Source: Longimicrobiales bacterium (GTDB lineage Bacteria > Gemmatimonadota > Gemmatimonadetes > Longimicrobiales > Gaopeijiaceae). Taken from it: a DNA stretch of 64,000 nt. Location of the stretch: positions 544,001-608,000 of the forward strand of contig OZ220732.1 in NCBI GenBank assembly GCA_965116905.1. The letters are read 5' to 3'. The notes under the pieces were generated by a model. It saw only the letters and a program-made list of their open reading frames with translations. It did not search any database and was not told the DNA's origin. The position numbers and the translations under genes are program-made. This document shows positions 41,454 through 51,500 of the stretch, piece by piece; the first letter of the stretch is position 1; each line of letters starts with the position of its first letter.

Positions 41454-41701
41454 TGTCACCCCACGTTCTGAATCCATGTCTTGCGGATGTCGTCTGCATT
41501 CCATCCCGACGGCCGTGTAGAACTCGGGTTCCGCGGCGCGTTCAGGCCGGGAAACCGGATTCGGTGGACCATGGTATCGACCCGGTTCTCCAGGCACCAT
41601 ACGAAGTCGGCGGTGTCGTTGCGCTTGCCGTCAGAGTTGCGGCACGTCTTGAACAATGGCAGCGGCCGGAACACGCGCGACCGATCGCGGGTAGTCTGGA
41701 C

Positions 41702-42928
41702 ATGGTGAGAATGCCCCGTGTCGCAACCGTCCTGTGCCTCCTGGCAATCCTCCCGGCGTGTGAAGACGCACCCGTCGGCAACGTCACGGGCGCCCCGATC
41801 GAGCTGGGCGAAACGGCCATTGAGATACTCGGGAGCTCCGACTCCCTGGTCGTTGCCCGGGACCTCGAGATTGCGGACGACGGATCCGTCTGGGTGCTGA
41901 ACTCGGCCGAGCCCCTTTTCGTGGGATTCGGACCGGATGGCGAGCCGCTTGGCTCTCATGGACAATCAGGCAGAGGACCCCGCGACTTCCCCATGCCCGC
42001 AGGATTCGTTGCGGGGGGATGGCGGGGGGACGTCTGGGCCCTCGACCTCGTGCGTCACGCGATGGTCCGGATCTCGCACCCAGACGCCGACTGGGAGGAG
42101 ATTTCGTTGCAGTCGGCTTCCCTCCTTCCCGGCACCGTGCGGGGCGGCAGGAGCATGCTGGGCGGCTCGGTGCGAACCGCGAGACTCGGCCGTGAGGTCA
42201 TCGTGCCCCGCACGAGCGCGACGCTGGAGGGCGGCGTCCTGAACTACCGGTTCGCGGTCATGCGGCCCGACTTCGTCGCCTTTGATCCGGAAACCCGCGA
42301 GAGCCGAAGCCTCGTGGCGCTCGCCGACGTGCTGGAGGACCCTTCGAGCACCTTCGATCCCATCGAGGGGGGGTTCGGTTTCCCGCTGTGGTATCGGCTG
42401 TGGGCTTCCTGTGGCGATAGCGTTGTGAGGGTTTACGATCGGGTGACGAATCAACTCCGTGGTTTCGACGGGTCGGGTGCCGAATTGCCACCTATCATCC
42501 TGCCGCCGGTGCCCTTCAACGAAGTCACGGCTCGGCAGTTCGCGGGAGCGGTCTTCGCGATCCGGCAAGCCGAGCTGACGGGAGACGTGTGGAGCCGGCT
42601 CAGCCCGGAGGACAGCGTCCGGGTGATGAACCAGATGGTCCGGTCGGTCAACGGAAGGCCGAGTGAGCTCGCCAGCTACCTGCCTCGCTACGTGGACTTC
42701 CGCTGCGGCGCGGACGGGACGATGTGGCTGAATCCGGTCGATCTGGATGCCGGGGGCCTCAAGGGGGCTACGACGTGGCTACGAATCGCGTCCGACGGGA
42801 ACATCCGCGAGGTGCGTCTGCCCGAGCGGTTCGATGCCTTCCGCTTCTCGGAATCGCGCGTCTGGGGCGTGTACAGGGACGAATTGGACGTGCCCTCGGT
42901 CGCGTCGATCCGGCTGCCCATCAACTGA
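41702..42928 (+). CDS. 6-bladed beta-propeller-like lipoprotein
   Basis: Lipobox ILPAC; GQSGRGPRDF; C-terminal VWGVYRDELDVP. Confidence 0.7.
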   Translation: MVRMPRVATVLCLLAILPACEDAPVGNVTGAPIELGETAIEILGSSDSLVVARDLEIADDGSVWVLNSAEPLFVGFGPDGEPLGSHGQSGRGPRDFPMPAGFVAGGWRGDVWALDLVRHAMVRISHPDADWEEISLQSASLLPGTVRGGRSMLGGSVRTARLGREVIVPRTSATLEGGVLNYRFAVMRPDFVAFDPETRESRSLVALADVLEDPSSTFDPIEGGFGFPLWYRLWASCGDSVVRVYDRVTNQLRGFDGSGAELPPIILPPVPFNEVTARQFAGAVFAIRQAELTGDVWSRLSPEDSVRVMNQMVRSVNGRPSELASYLPRYVDFRCGADGTMWLNPVDLDAGGLKGATTWLRIASDGNIREVRLPERFDAFRFSESRVWGVYRDELDVPSVASIRLPIN

Positions 42929-45900
42929 TCGTGCGACGCCAGTTCGTAATGATCTTCGGGGCATCCTCCAGGAGTTCATTGAGGTCTGCGATCACGCCGT
43001 TCACGATGCCGGACAGCTCCTGCGCCCGCTGAGCGGCCCCGGCCTCGATCTCCGTGAGCACCTCCATTTGCCCGACGGTCGGGCGCGCCTGCGGGCCCGA
43101 CACCGCGCGGGAGATGTTCCGAAGCTGCTCGATCAGACGCGGCCAGTCGCGGTAGCTCATCGAACCCGGCGGACGGCGAACCTCGCTGGACACGGCCGTT
43201 AACTGCCCCTGCGCGTCCCCTGCCACGGCCTTCACCTGCTCCTCGTTGGCCAGGTCCTTGCCTTCGATGGACTCGAGAAGCCCGTCGATCTGGCCATCCA
43301 GGTCGAGGATCGTGCCCATCATCTGGTTGAGCTGCGTCTCGAGGTCACGCGCACGCATGGCCGCGGCGAAGCGATCCGCGTACACGGCCTGCGACGCCGC
43401 CACGTTCGGATCGCCGCGGAGCTGAAAGTCCTTCGACAGCTCCCGGTCACCCAGATCGACCGTCGCCGTGTACGTGCCTGGCACGGCGGGCGGACCCGTA
43501 GAACCGAAGAAGAAGAAAAAGAACCCGCCGCCCGGTGGACCCTCTCCCGGGATCGGCTCCGCGCCGGTCCAGCGGAGGTCCCAGATCGCGCGGTTCACTC
43601 CCGGCTTGACGTCGCGGTGCTGGAATTCGCGCACGAGCACGCCGTCGCTGTCGGTGATGCGCACGTCGACGGAGTTGCCCGCGGCCTCGGCAGCATCCTC
43701 CGAGAGATGGAAGTGGATCCAGGCGCCGGGATCGGGGTTCTCGCCGGCGAAGCGGCTCTGGCCGAAGTTGCTGGTGCGGCCCCACATCTCCCACTCGGTC
43801 GCCATGCGGATGTCGAAGAGATGGGCGTCCTGGCCCATCGCCTCGGTCAGCTCGACCATGGGCTGGATGTCGTCCAGGATGAAGGCGCCGCGGCCGTGGG
43901 TTCCGATGACGAGGTCGTTGTACTGGCGCTGGATCTTCACCCCCCGAACCGACACGCGCGGAAGGTTGCCGCGGATGTCCACCCACGTGTCGCCACGGTC
44001 CCACGAGGCGAAGATGCCCCGCTCCATGCCGACGAACAGCAGGTTGGGGTTCGCGGGGTGCTGCCGGACGACCTTGACGTAGTCGTCCTGCGGGAGCCCG
44101 GCGGAGATGTCGCGCCACGACTGTCCGTAGTCGCGCGTCTCGTACAGGTGCGGGGTGAAGTCGTCGAGGCGGTGGTTGTCGACGGCCATGTACGCGGCCC
44201 CGGCATCCGTGGGCGACGCCTCGATGTTGCCGATCCAGGTCTCGGCCGGCAGGCCCGGCACGCGGTCGCGCACGTTCGTCCACGTCGCGCCGTCGTCGCG
44301 GGTGATCTGCACGTTGCCGTCGTCCGTGCCGACCCAGATCACGCCCGGCTCGAACTCGTCCTCCGCGATGGTGAGGATCGTGGTGTGGAACTCGGCCGCG
44401 GTGTTGTCCAGGTAGATCTCGCCGCCGGAGTCGAGCTGCTTCTCCGGGTCGTCCGTGGTGAGGTCGGGGCTGATCACGTCCCACGAGTGGCCGTAGTCGT
44501 TGCTGCGGAAGACCACGTTGCCGCCCCAGTACACGGTGCCCGGGTCGTGCGGCGAGATGACGATCGGCGCGTCCCAGTTGAAGCGGTACCGCGCCTGGAA
44601 CATGCCCTGCCCCTGTGAACCGATCATGAGCGGCCACGGCTCGATCGAGCGCATCTGCCCGGAGTTGATGTCCGTAATACGGAAGTAACCGCCCTGGGCG
44701 TTCGAGTAGATCAGGTTCGGCTGACCCGGTACGGGCACGGTGTAGAAGCCGTCGCCGCCGGACACCGTGTAGAAGTACCCGGGCAGAATGCCGCGGCGAT
44801 CGTTGAGCCGGCTCGGGCCGCACCAGTTGCCGTTGTCCTGCAGCCCGCCGCACACATAGTAGGGGTCGCGGTCGTCGACGAAGATGTGGTAGTACTGCGC
44901 GAGGCTGAAGTTGCGGAAGATGTGGAAGTTGGCGCCGCCGTCGTACGACACCTGCATGCCGCCGTCCGAGCCGGAGAGCACGCGCTCGCCGTCGGTCGGA
45001 TCGATCCAGTACGCCTGGTGGTCTCCGTGCACGTCGTTGGCGATGCGCTCGAAGGTGCGGCCCCCGTCGGTCGATTTTGCCAGCGCGCCCGAGAGCGTGT
45101 AGAGCGTCTCGTGGTCGGACGGGTCGATGTAGACGTCGGAGTAGTAGAAGGGTCGGAAGTTGATCAGATTCTTGTTGTCGTTGACCATCGTCCACGTCTC
45201 GCCGTAGTCGTCGGACATGAAGAGCGTGCCGGCGGTGGGATACTCGGTGATCAGGTAGACGATGTTGGGGCGCGACTGGGCCACGCTGACGCCGATGCGG
45301 GCCATGGGCTCATCCGGCGTGGTCGTGATCTTCTTCCAGGAGACGCCGCCGTCGCGCGAGACGTAGAGCGCCGTCTCCCTGCCCCCGTCGTCGAAGCGCC
45401 ACGGCTTGCGGCGGAAGGTCCACATGCCCGCGTAGACGTTCCGGGGGTTGGTCAGGTCGATGTCCATGTCCGAGCAGCCCGTGTCCTCGTCGATGAAGAG
45501 CACGTGGTCCCATGACTGCCCGCCGTCGGTGGTGCGGAAGACGCCACGCTCCCGGTTGGGGCCCCATTCGTGGCCCATGGCGCAGACCAGCGCGACGTCG
45601 GGGTCGCGCGGATCGACGACGATGCGCTTGATTCGCTCGCTGTCGTCGAGGCCGAGGTGGGTCCAGGTGGCACCGCCGTCGGTCGAACGGTACACCCCGT
45701 CGCCATACGAGACCGAGTTGCGCGGGTCCGCCTCTCCGGCACCGAGCCAGAGGACGTTGTGGTCCGAGGGGGCGAGCGTCAGGGCCCCGACCGAGTAGGT
45801 GTTCTCGTCGTCCCACTGGTGCTCGAAGGTCACGCCGCCGTTGGTGGTCTTCCAGACGCCCCCGTTGGCAGCCCCCACCCAGAAGGTCCGCGGATCGCCC

Positions 45901-46103
45901 GGCACTCCGATGATCGCGGATACGCGGCCGCCCATGTTCACCGGACCGATGTGCCGCCACTCGATGTCGCCGAGGGCGGCCGAGATGGTTTCGGCGTCCT
46001 GGGCGTGGGCCGGAGGGGCGGCGAGCGGGGCAAGGGTGAGCGGGGCGACGAGCGCGAGGGCGAGGGTGCGCGGGAACGCGCTGCGGGACGACTTCATCTT
46101 CAT
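42921..46103 (-). CDS. Secreted VPS10/BNR(Asp-box)-repeat glycosyl hydrolase-like protein
   Basis: WRHIGP..GGR, multiple S/T-x-D-G-G-x-T/S-W Asp boxes, GGLQDNG, GTHGRG; signal ending AHAQ. Confidence 0.88.
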   Translation of the reverse strand: MKMKSSRSAFPRTLALALVAPLTLAPLAAPPAHAQDAETISAALGDIEWRHIGPVNMGGRVSAIIGVPGDPRTFWVGAANGGVWKTTNGGVTFEHQWDDENTYSVGALTLAPSDHNVLWLGAGEADPRNSVSYGDGVYRSTDGGATWTHLGLDDSERIKRIVVDPRDPDVALVCAMGHEWGPNRERGVFRTTDGGQSWDHVLFIDEDTGCSDMDIDLTNPRNVYAGMWTFRRKPWRFDDGGRETALYVSRDGGVSWKKITTTPDEPMARIGVSVAQSRPNIVYLITEYPTAGTLFMSDDYGETWTMVNDNKNLINFRPFYYSDVYIDPSDHETLYTLSGALAKSTDGGRTFERIANDVHGDHQAYWIDPTDGERVLSGSDGGMQVSYDGGANFHIFRNFSLAQYYHIFVDDRDPYYVCGGLQDNGNWCGPSRLNDRRGILPGYFYTVSGGDGFYTVPVPGQPNLIYSNAQGGYFRITDINSGQMRSIEPWPLMIGSQGQGMFQARYRFNWDAPIVISPHDPGTVYWGGNVVFRSNDYGHSWDVISPDLTTDDPEKQLDSGGEIYLDNTAAEFHTTILTIAEDEFEPGVIWVGTDDGNVQITRDDGATWTNVRDRVPGLPAETWIGNIEASPTDAGAAYMAVDNHRLDDFTPHLYETRDYGQSWRDISAGLPQDDYVKVVRQHPANPNLLFVGMERGIFASWDRGDTWVDIRGNLPRVSVRGVKIQRQYNDLVIGTHGRGAFILDDIQPMVELTEAMGQDAHLFDIRMATEWEMWGRTSNFGQSRFAGENPDPGAWIHFHLSEDAAEAAGNSVDVRITDSDGVLVREFQHRDVKPGVNRAIWDLRWTGAEPIPGEGPPGGGFFFFFFGSTGPPAVPGTYTATVDLGDRELSKDFQLRGDPNVAASQAVYADRFAAAMRARDLETQLNQMMGTILDLDGQIDGLLESIEGKDLANEEQVKAVAGDAQGQLTAVSSEVRRPPGSMSYRDWPRLIEQLRNISRAVSGPQARPTVGQMEVLTEIEAGAAQRAQELSGIVNGVIADLNELLEDAPKIITNWRRTIS

Positions 46104-46236
46104 GTTTGGTTCTCCGGGGGTGGCTTCCAATGCCTGTCGATAAGCAGTGAGTGGCCCACCACTAATACAAGGGACCTCGTCGCGGCAAAAGCTCGGCTCG
46201 CCAAGCCACGGGGTCAGCTTGGCAGGCCACGCTCGA

Positions 46237-46253
46237 TGTGTAATCTTTACACA
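46237..46253. promoter_or_regulatory. Operator palindrome upstream of TA pair
   Basis: TGTGTAA-TCT-TTACACA perfect inverted repeat 28 bp before the antitoxin ATG. Confidence 0.65.
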
Positions 46254-46281
46254 CTTGCCGAGACACCTGGAGGTGAACGAC

Positions 46282-46512
46282 ATGGCTCGACGGGTCAACA
46301 TCATGATGGACGATGACTCCTGGCGCATTATCGGGAGGCTGCCGCGCGGTACTCGCAGCCGGGCCGTCAACGCCGCCATCCGGGAGTGGGCGGGTGTCTC
46401 CATGAGGCGGGAAGCCTCTGCCCGGATGGACGCATTGCGCGCGCGCTTGCCGGCGGTTGACACGTGCCAGATCGTCCAATGGATTCGGGAGGAGCGGGAA
46501 CGGCGGCCGTGA
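46282..46512 (+). CDS. Antitoxin (RHH-like)
   Basis: MARRVNIMMDD...RSRAVNAAIREW; GGAGG SD; GTGA overlap with PIN toxin. Confidence 0.8.
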   Translation: MARRVNIMMDDDSWRIIGRLPRGTRSRAVNAAIREWAGVSMRREASARMDALRARLPAVDTCQIVQWIREERERRP

Positions 46513-46937
46513 TCGTAACGCCCGACGCATCGGTTCTTCTCAAGTGGGTTCTGCCGGGCGACGACGAGCAGGACACGGACGCGGCGCTCGCCCTGCGTGA
46601 CGAAGCGGTGAGCGGGAAGCTTGAGCTGGTCGTTCCCCAGCTCTGGATCTACGAGGTGGGAAACACGCTGGCGAGACGGTTCCCCGATGACGCCGACGAA
46701 CTTCTCGCATCGCTGGTCGACTTCGGCCTGACCGAGGCCCGACTGGACGCCGACTGGAGAACGCGGGCGGTGTCCTTGTCCGTGAGGTACGGCGTCGCGT
46801 TCTACGACGCGGGGTACCATGCCGTGGCGCTCGAGCTGGATGGTGTGTTCGTCACCGCCGACGAACGATACGTGCGCCGCGCGGCGGGCGCCGGCAGCAT
46901 CTCAACGTTGCGGGCCTGGCGAACGGATTCCTCCTAG
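46509..46937 (+). CDS. vapC: VapC/PIN-domain toxin
   Basis: DASVLLKW, YEVGNTL, FYDAGYHAVA and FVTAD motifs. Confidence 0.92.
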   Translation: MIVTPDASVLLKWVLPGDDEQDTDAALALRDEAVSGKLELVVPQLWIYEVGNTLARRFPDDADELLASLVDFGLTEARLDADWRTRAVSLSVRYGVAFYDAGYHAVALELDGVFVTADERYVRRAAGAGSISTLRAWRTDSS

Positions 46938-46941
46938 CGCA

Positions 46942-46982
46942 CACCCCCGGGCTCGTCCTCCACGAACCCCCGGTATCCCAGC
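46942..46982. repeat. Left copy of 41-bp direct repeat (displaced 3' end of amidohydrolase gene)
   Basis: 40/41 identical to 48551-48591; minus strand reads LGYRGFVEDEPG and continues GVR-TAG to 46934. Confidence 0.95.
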
Positions 46983-47087
46983 CACAGGCCATAGACCCTC
47001 TGACCTCGCCGAAGGTTCAGAACCGGACACACTATGTGCTAGAAAACCGGACAGATAAAGTGCTCTCAACAAACCGCCGTAACGTGG

Positions 47088-47116
47088 TTGACTAAGGTCC
47101 CTGGTCCTCCTAGGGT
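47088..47116 (+). promoter_or_regulatory. Candidate sigma70 promoter for peptide-propeller operon
   Basis: TTGACT-N17-TAGGGT; preceded by 20-bp imperfect direct repeats at 47021-47040 and 47045-47064. Confidence 0.55.
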
Positions 47117-47182
47117 TCAGCCCGCTGGTCGGAGGACCCCCCTCTCGCCACGATTACTCGACTCCCACAGTGAGGAGAATCA

Positions 47183-47380
47183 ATGTCGCGCTTCAACCGT
47201 GTTGCCCTGACCCGCTCCCTCGTAATAGCGATAGCCGTAGTCTTCGCTCCCCTCCTCGCGGCCCAGACCACAACGCCGTGTTTCGACGAGTGCCATGCAG
47301 CCGCAATGGACCGTTACAACGAAGGCATGCCGCTCTTCATGAACGACGCGATTTTCAAGCTGTGCCTCGACCTTTGCTAA
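47183..47380 (+). CDS. Small secreted Cys-motif peptide (CX3C-X23-CX3C), 65 aa
   Basis: GAGGAG SD before ATG47183; Sec-type signal ending LLAA|Q; four Cys in mature part. Confidence 0.75.
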   Translation: MSRFNRVALTRSLVIAIAVVFAPLLAAQTTTPCFDECHAAAMDRYNEGMPLFMNDAIFKLCLDLC

Positions 47381-47415
47381 CACTGCACCCTGGCGGCAAG
47401 CATCCACTTTCAACT

Positions 47416-48438
47416 GTGGCGGCCGTCTCCGTGGCGGTCGCTGCAGTTGCGTGTGACTCCGGGACGGTCACCACTCCAGCCGTCCCCCTCGCTTCTATCG
47501 CCTCCGTGTCCGCACCGTTTAGCGTTGACACGCGCATCGTGCTAGTGGATGAAGACCTCGTATGCGTGAACAACTCCTTCGAGATGCGAGTCCGGTGTGT
47601 TGACCAGCGCGGCGACCTGGTCGGTGTATTCGGTCGCAGGGGAGAGGGCCCAGGGGAGTTCGAACTGCCACCGAGTCTTGTGCGCGGACCCGACGGCACG
47701 GTTGGCGCCATCTCCATCAACCGGCTTGCCATCTTCACCCCCGGTGGGGATCTGGTTGATGAGATAACCTTACCCGTAGGCTTTCCCCTTCCGGCCGCAA
47801 AGTCGTTTGATACGACTCTTCTGGCCAACTACTACCTGGGCGGGGCCAATATGACCTTGGTAGAGATCGACCTCTCATCCGCCACCGTGCTGTGGGAACG
47901 CCAGGACATCGCCCACATCGCCGCGACCGAGTGCGGCAGCGTTGCACTGGGAGTCGCTTCTCCCTCCGGAGGCTGGACGTTCCCCGCGTGTCAGCGTGAA
48001 CTCGCATTCCTCGACGATCGTGACGCATCCACCGCTACCGCCATCCTGTCTCCAACCTATGCCGAAGAGTTTCCCAACGAACGCGATATCGCGGAGATGC
48101 AAGCCCAGACCCAGCCCTTTGCCTTTCGAGCGGATTTGGACGTGTACAGGGAGACCCCGAAGCGCAATCACCTCAGGGTCGGGTCCCTTGCGTACGACGA
48201 TGAAGGCCGTCTTTGGGTAGCCACGGAACGAGACCGTTCCCGGTTCTCCTATTTCGACCTCTATGTCGGCACCGAGCACGTCGGCTCGGTGCGGATCAAG
48301 GATCGCCTTCTGGGCTACGACCTCTATGGTTCCACCCTGGCTGCCCTGGTCGAGCGCGACCCCGACACCGACGGAATAGGACGCCGTGCCGTGGACTGGT
48401 ACGATATTGGGCCTCTGGATTTCGGTGTGGGACAATAG
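47416..48438 (+). CDS. 6-bladed beta-propeller-like lipoprotein
   Basis: AAVAC lipobox-like; FGRRGEGPGEF; DDEGRLWV; start uncertain (frame open from 47170). Confidence 0.7.
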   Translation: MAAVSVAVAAVACDSGTVTTPAVPLASIASVSAPFSVDTRIVLVDEDLVCVNNSFEMRVRCVDQRGDLVGVFGRRGEGPGEFELPPSLVRGPDGTVGAISINRLAIFTPGGDLVDEITLPVGFPLPAAKSFDTTLLANYYLGGANMTLVEIDLSSATVLWERQDIAHIAATECGSVALGVASPSGGWTFPACQRELAFLDDRDASTATAILSPTYAEEFPNERDIAEMQAQTQPFAFRADLDVYRETPKRNHLRVGSLAYDDEGRLWVATERDRSRFSYFDLYVGTEHVGSVRIKDRLLGYDLYGSTLAALVERDPDTDGIGRRAVDWYDIGPLDFGVGQ

Positions 48439-48536
48439 CTCGAGCACGAACATTTTTTCGCTCAAATAGCTTCCCTCGAAGTCGCCCGCTGCTTCCCAAG
48501 GTCTAGAGCCTGACCCGGCAGACGGCCTCGGTCAGC

Positions 48537-51500
48537 CTACCGATTCTCGCCACCCCCGGGCTCGTCCTCCACGAACCCGCGGTATCCCAGCGCCCGCTGC
48601 CGCGGCCAGACCTCGTCGAGGGTCTCCGCGTCGAACAGCCTCCCGTTGATCATCACCTGCTCGACCAATTCGGTATTCCGGAGATCGTCGAGGGGGTTGC
48701 GCGACAGGATGGCCAGGTCGGCCAGCTTGCCGGGCTCGATCGAGCCGAGTTCGGTCTCGAGGCCGATGCCGTTGGCGCCGAAGATCGTGGCGGACTTGAG
48801 CGCGTCGTGGTTCGACATGCCGCCCGAGGCGACCATCCACAGCTCCCAGTGGAACCCGAGGCCCTGGAGCTGGCCGTGGCTGCCGACCCCAGCGAAGCCG
48901 CCGTCAGCGACCACATCGGCCAGGAAGCGGGCGTGGTCTTCGAAGACGTACTCCTCGTCGATCGCCCACGCGACCGAACCCGCCGCGCCGGCGCGCCGCC
49001 GGGTGCGGGAGTCGAGGGTCTCGCGGGGTGTGAATCGCACCAGGCGCTCGTTGCCGAGCACGTCCTCGGTCGTGAACCAGTAGATCTCGCCCATGGGGCC
49101 GCCGAAGGAGACGATCAGCGTCGGCGTGTTCAGGACCTTTGTCGCCGAAAAGAGGCGGACGACATCGTGATAGAGGGGGTAGATGGGGACGTTGTGTTCG
49201 ATCCCGGGATAGCCGTCCATTGCGTGCGTCAGGTCGGCCTGATAGTCGAGTCCGGCCTCGGTCGTCGGCATGAGCTCGAGTTCGCGCGCCGCCATGACGA
49301 GCCACTGTCGCTGCTGGCGGTTCCCCGAGAGGTACATCTTGAACGTCTTGGTGTCGTAGTAGTCCGAGTAGCGCCTGAGGACATTGCGCGCGTGGTCGAG
49401 GTCGCGGATGCCCTCCAGCGCCTGGTAGTTGCCGAAGACCCCCGGGCCGGTGGAGAAGATGCGCGGTCCCAGGATGTCGCCTGACCGCACCCGGTCGGCG
49501 TAGGTGAGGACGTCCGAGACGCCGGTCTGGGGGTCGCGTGTGGTCGTGACGCCGAACGCCAGGTTGGCGAGGTAGCCCCACGGCTGCGTGGTGTGGACGC
49601 CGGCCGGCGGACGCAGGTGGGCGTGCGTGTCGACGAAGCCGGGCGTGATGGTCATGCCGGAGACGTCGCGGACCTCGGCGCCGTCGGGGACGGAGAGCGT
49701 GCCGGATGGGCCCACCGCGGCGATGCGGTGGCCGTCGATGAGGATGTCTCCCCGTTCGATGACGTCGTCCCCGCGCATCGTGATGACGCGTGCGCCGGAG
49801 AGCAGGAGCGTCCCGGTGGGCAGGTCGCGGGGGACGTCGAGGGCGACGCGGACTTCGGTGGGCTGGTAGCGGGGGTTGGAGGAGGAGGACGCGGCTGGAT
49901 CGTCGGTCGCCGCAGGGTCGGCGGCGTCCGCAGGGTCGGCCTCGTCGGACTCCGCAGCCTCCGCAGCCTCGACGCTGTCCGCGAATGCCTCCGCGTCGGC
50001 CAGGTTGTAGCGGAAGTACGCGTTCCCGAGTGCCCAAACCGCCTCGGTGCCGTCGCTGCTCCAAGACTGGAACTCGCCGCCGGACTCGGTGATGCGGGTG
50101 ACCGGGACCGCTGCGCCGGAGGGACTCCGGACCGAGACTGTCGGGGCCTCGGCGCCCACCTGTGGGACGGTCACGAGGTAGAGGTCGTTGCCCACCTTGG
50201 CCAGCGCCCGCCCCCCGGCGGGTGACACCCGAATCGAGGAGGCGTTGGCCGGGGGACCGCTACGGTTGGCCGAGAAGCCGGTGACCTTGAGGTGTTCCTT
50301 CTCGTCGGTGCCGTCCCAGCGGATCGAGACCAGGCCGCGCGTGCCCGCGTGCAGGTAGATGCGGTCGGGTTGGTCGGTGCGGAAGTGCGGCTGGGAGCGT
50401 CCCAGCGCCTCCGCCACGATTGTCGCCGCGGCGGGGGCGCCGCTGCCCGCCCCGTACCAGACGATGTCGGCCTGGCCACCGCCGCCGGCACCTTGCAGAC
50501 GTGCGCGCACCGGTCGCTGCAGCGCCACGATGCGGTCGCCGTCTGGAGACCAGGCGGGGGATTGCAGATAGCGGGCCGCGTCCGACACGCGCCGGGCGCC
50601 GTCGCCATTCGCAGGGATCTCCCAGAGATGGCCACCGTCCGGCTCACGCCAGCTCACCGCCGCCAATGTCTCGCCGTCGGGCGACCACGCGGGATGGAAC
50701 ACGGCACCGTCGACCTCCGCGCCGATCCGGCGCGGGACACCTCCACCTGCTTCCATCACATACAGCTGGCCAAGCGCGGTGAAGGCGACCGTGCCGCCGT
50801 CCGGCGACAGGGCGACCTCGCGGATCTGGCGCGCGCGGAAGGTGGGCGTGTCCTCGACCGGGTAGTCGAAGTCGAGGCGGGGGCCCGCGTGGATGACCAC
50901 GTCGGCCGTGAAGGGGATCTCGGTGGGCTCGTTCGCGTCCGTCTCGCCGGCGTTTGTCTCACCGGCATCCAGCGGCACGCGCCACAGGCGGCCGCCGTAC
51001 GAGGCGATCAGCGCGGTGCCATCGGGCGTGAAGGCGTAGCCGGGGAGGAGGTCGAGGGTCGCGCGGCTCTCCATGTCGTCGCGCTGCACGGGGTAGACGA
51101 GCCAGCGTTCGTTGCCGGTGGCGAGGTCGCGGGCGCGGAGACCCGTGGCATCCTCGTGGCGGGAACCGTAGACCAGCGTGGCGCCGTCGGGGGATACGGC
51201 CGGGCGGAACCCGGAACCGTAGCGGCCGGTGACCGTAGGGCTGCGGCCTGTCTCGCGGTCATAGCGGACGAGCTGGTACTTCGGGAAGGCCGCGTCGTAG
51301 GTCCAGTCGCGCGTCCCCTGCGCGAGGTAGATGTAGCGGCCTGTGGGATCGAAGGCGGCCCCGATGGCCTTGAGCTGTTCGGGCTCGTCGATCAGGGCGA
51401 TCCCGCTGCCCCCGTCGCGGTGGAAGAGCCACGGCTTCGCGGCGCCGCCGAGCGGGCTGAAGGTGCGGGACGCGACGAGGTACTGCCCGTCCGGGGACCA

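Larger units (their letters stand above)
46983..48550. mobile_element. Integrase-free two-gene cassette inserted at amidohydrolase 3' end
   Basis: Flanked by 41-bp direct repeats; visibly more AT-rich than flanks; own promoter and two genes. Confidence 0.65.

Noticed and set aside
40796..42928. 3'-end duplication flanking the beta-barrel/propeller unit, as at 46.9-48.6 kb
   Set aside because: Searched by eye for copies of the VPS10 and ypdA 3' ends; only short chance-level matches
47170..47415. 82-aa N-terminal extension of the propeller ORF from GTG47170
   Set aside because: GTG47170 overlaps the SD of the peptide gene, the extension is not signal-like, and it would bury the lipobox
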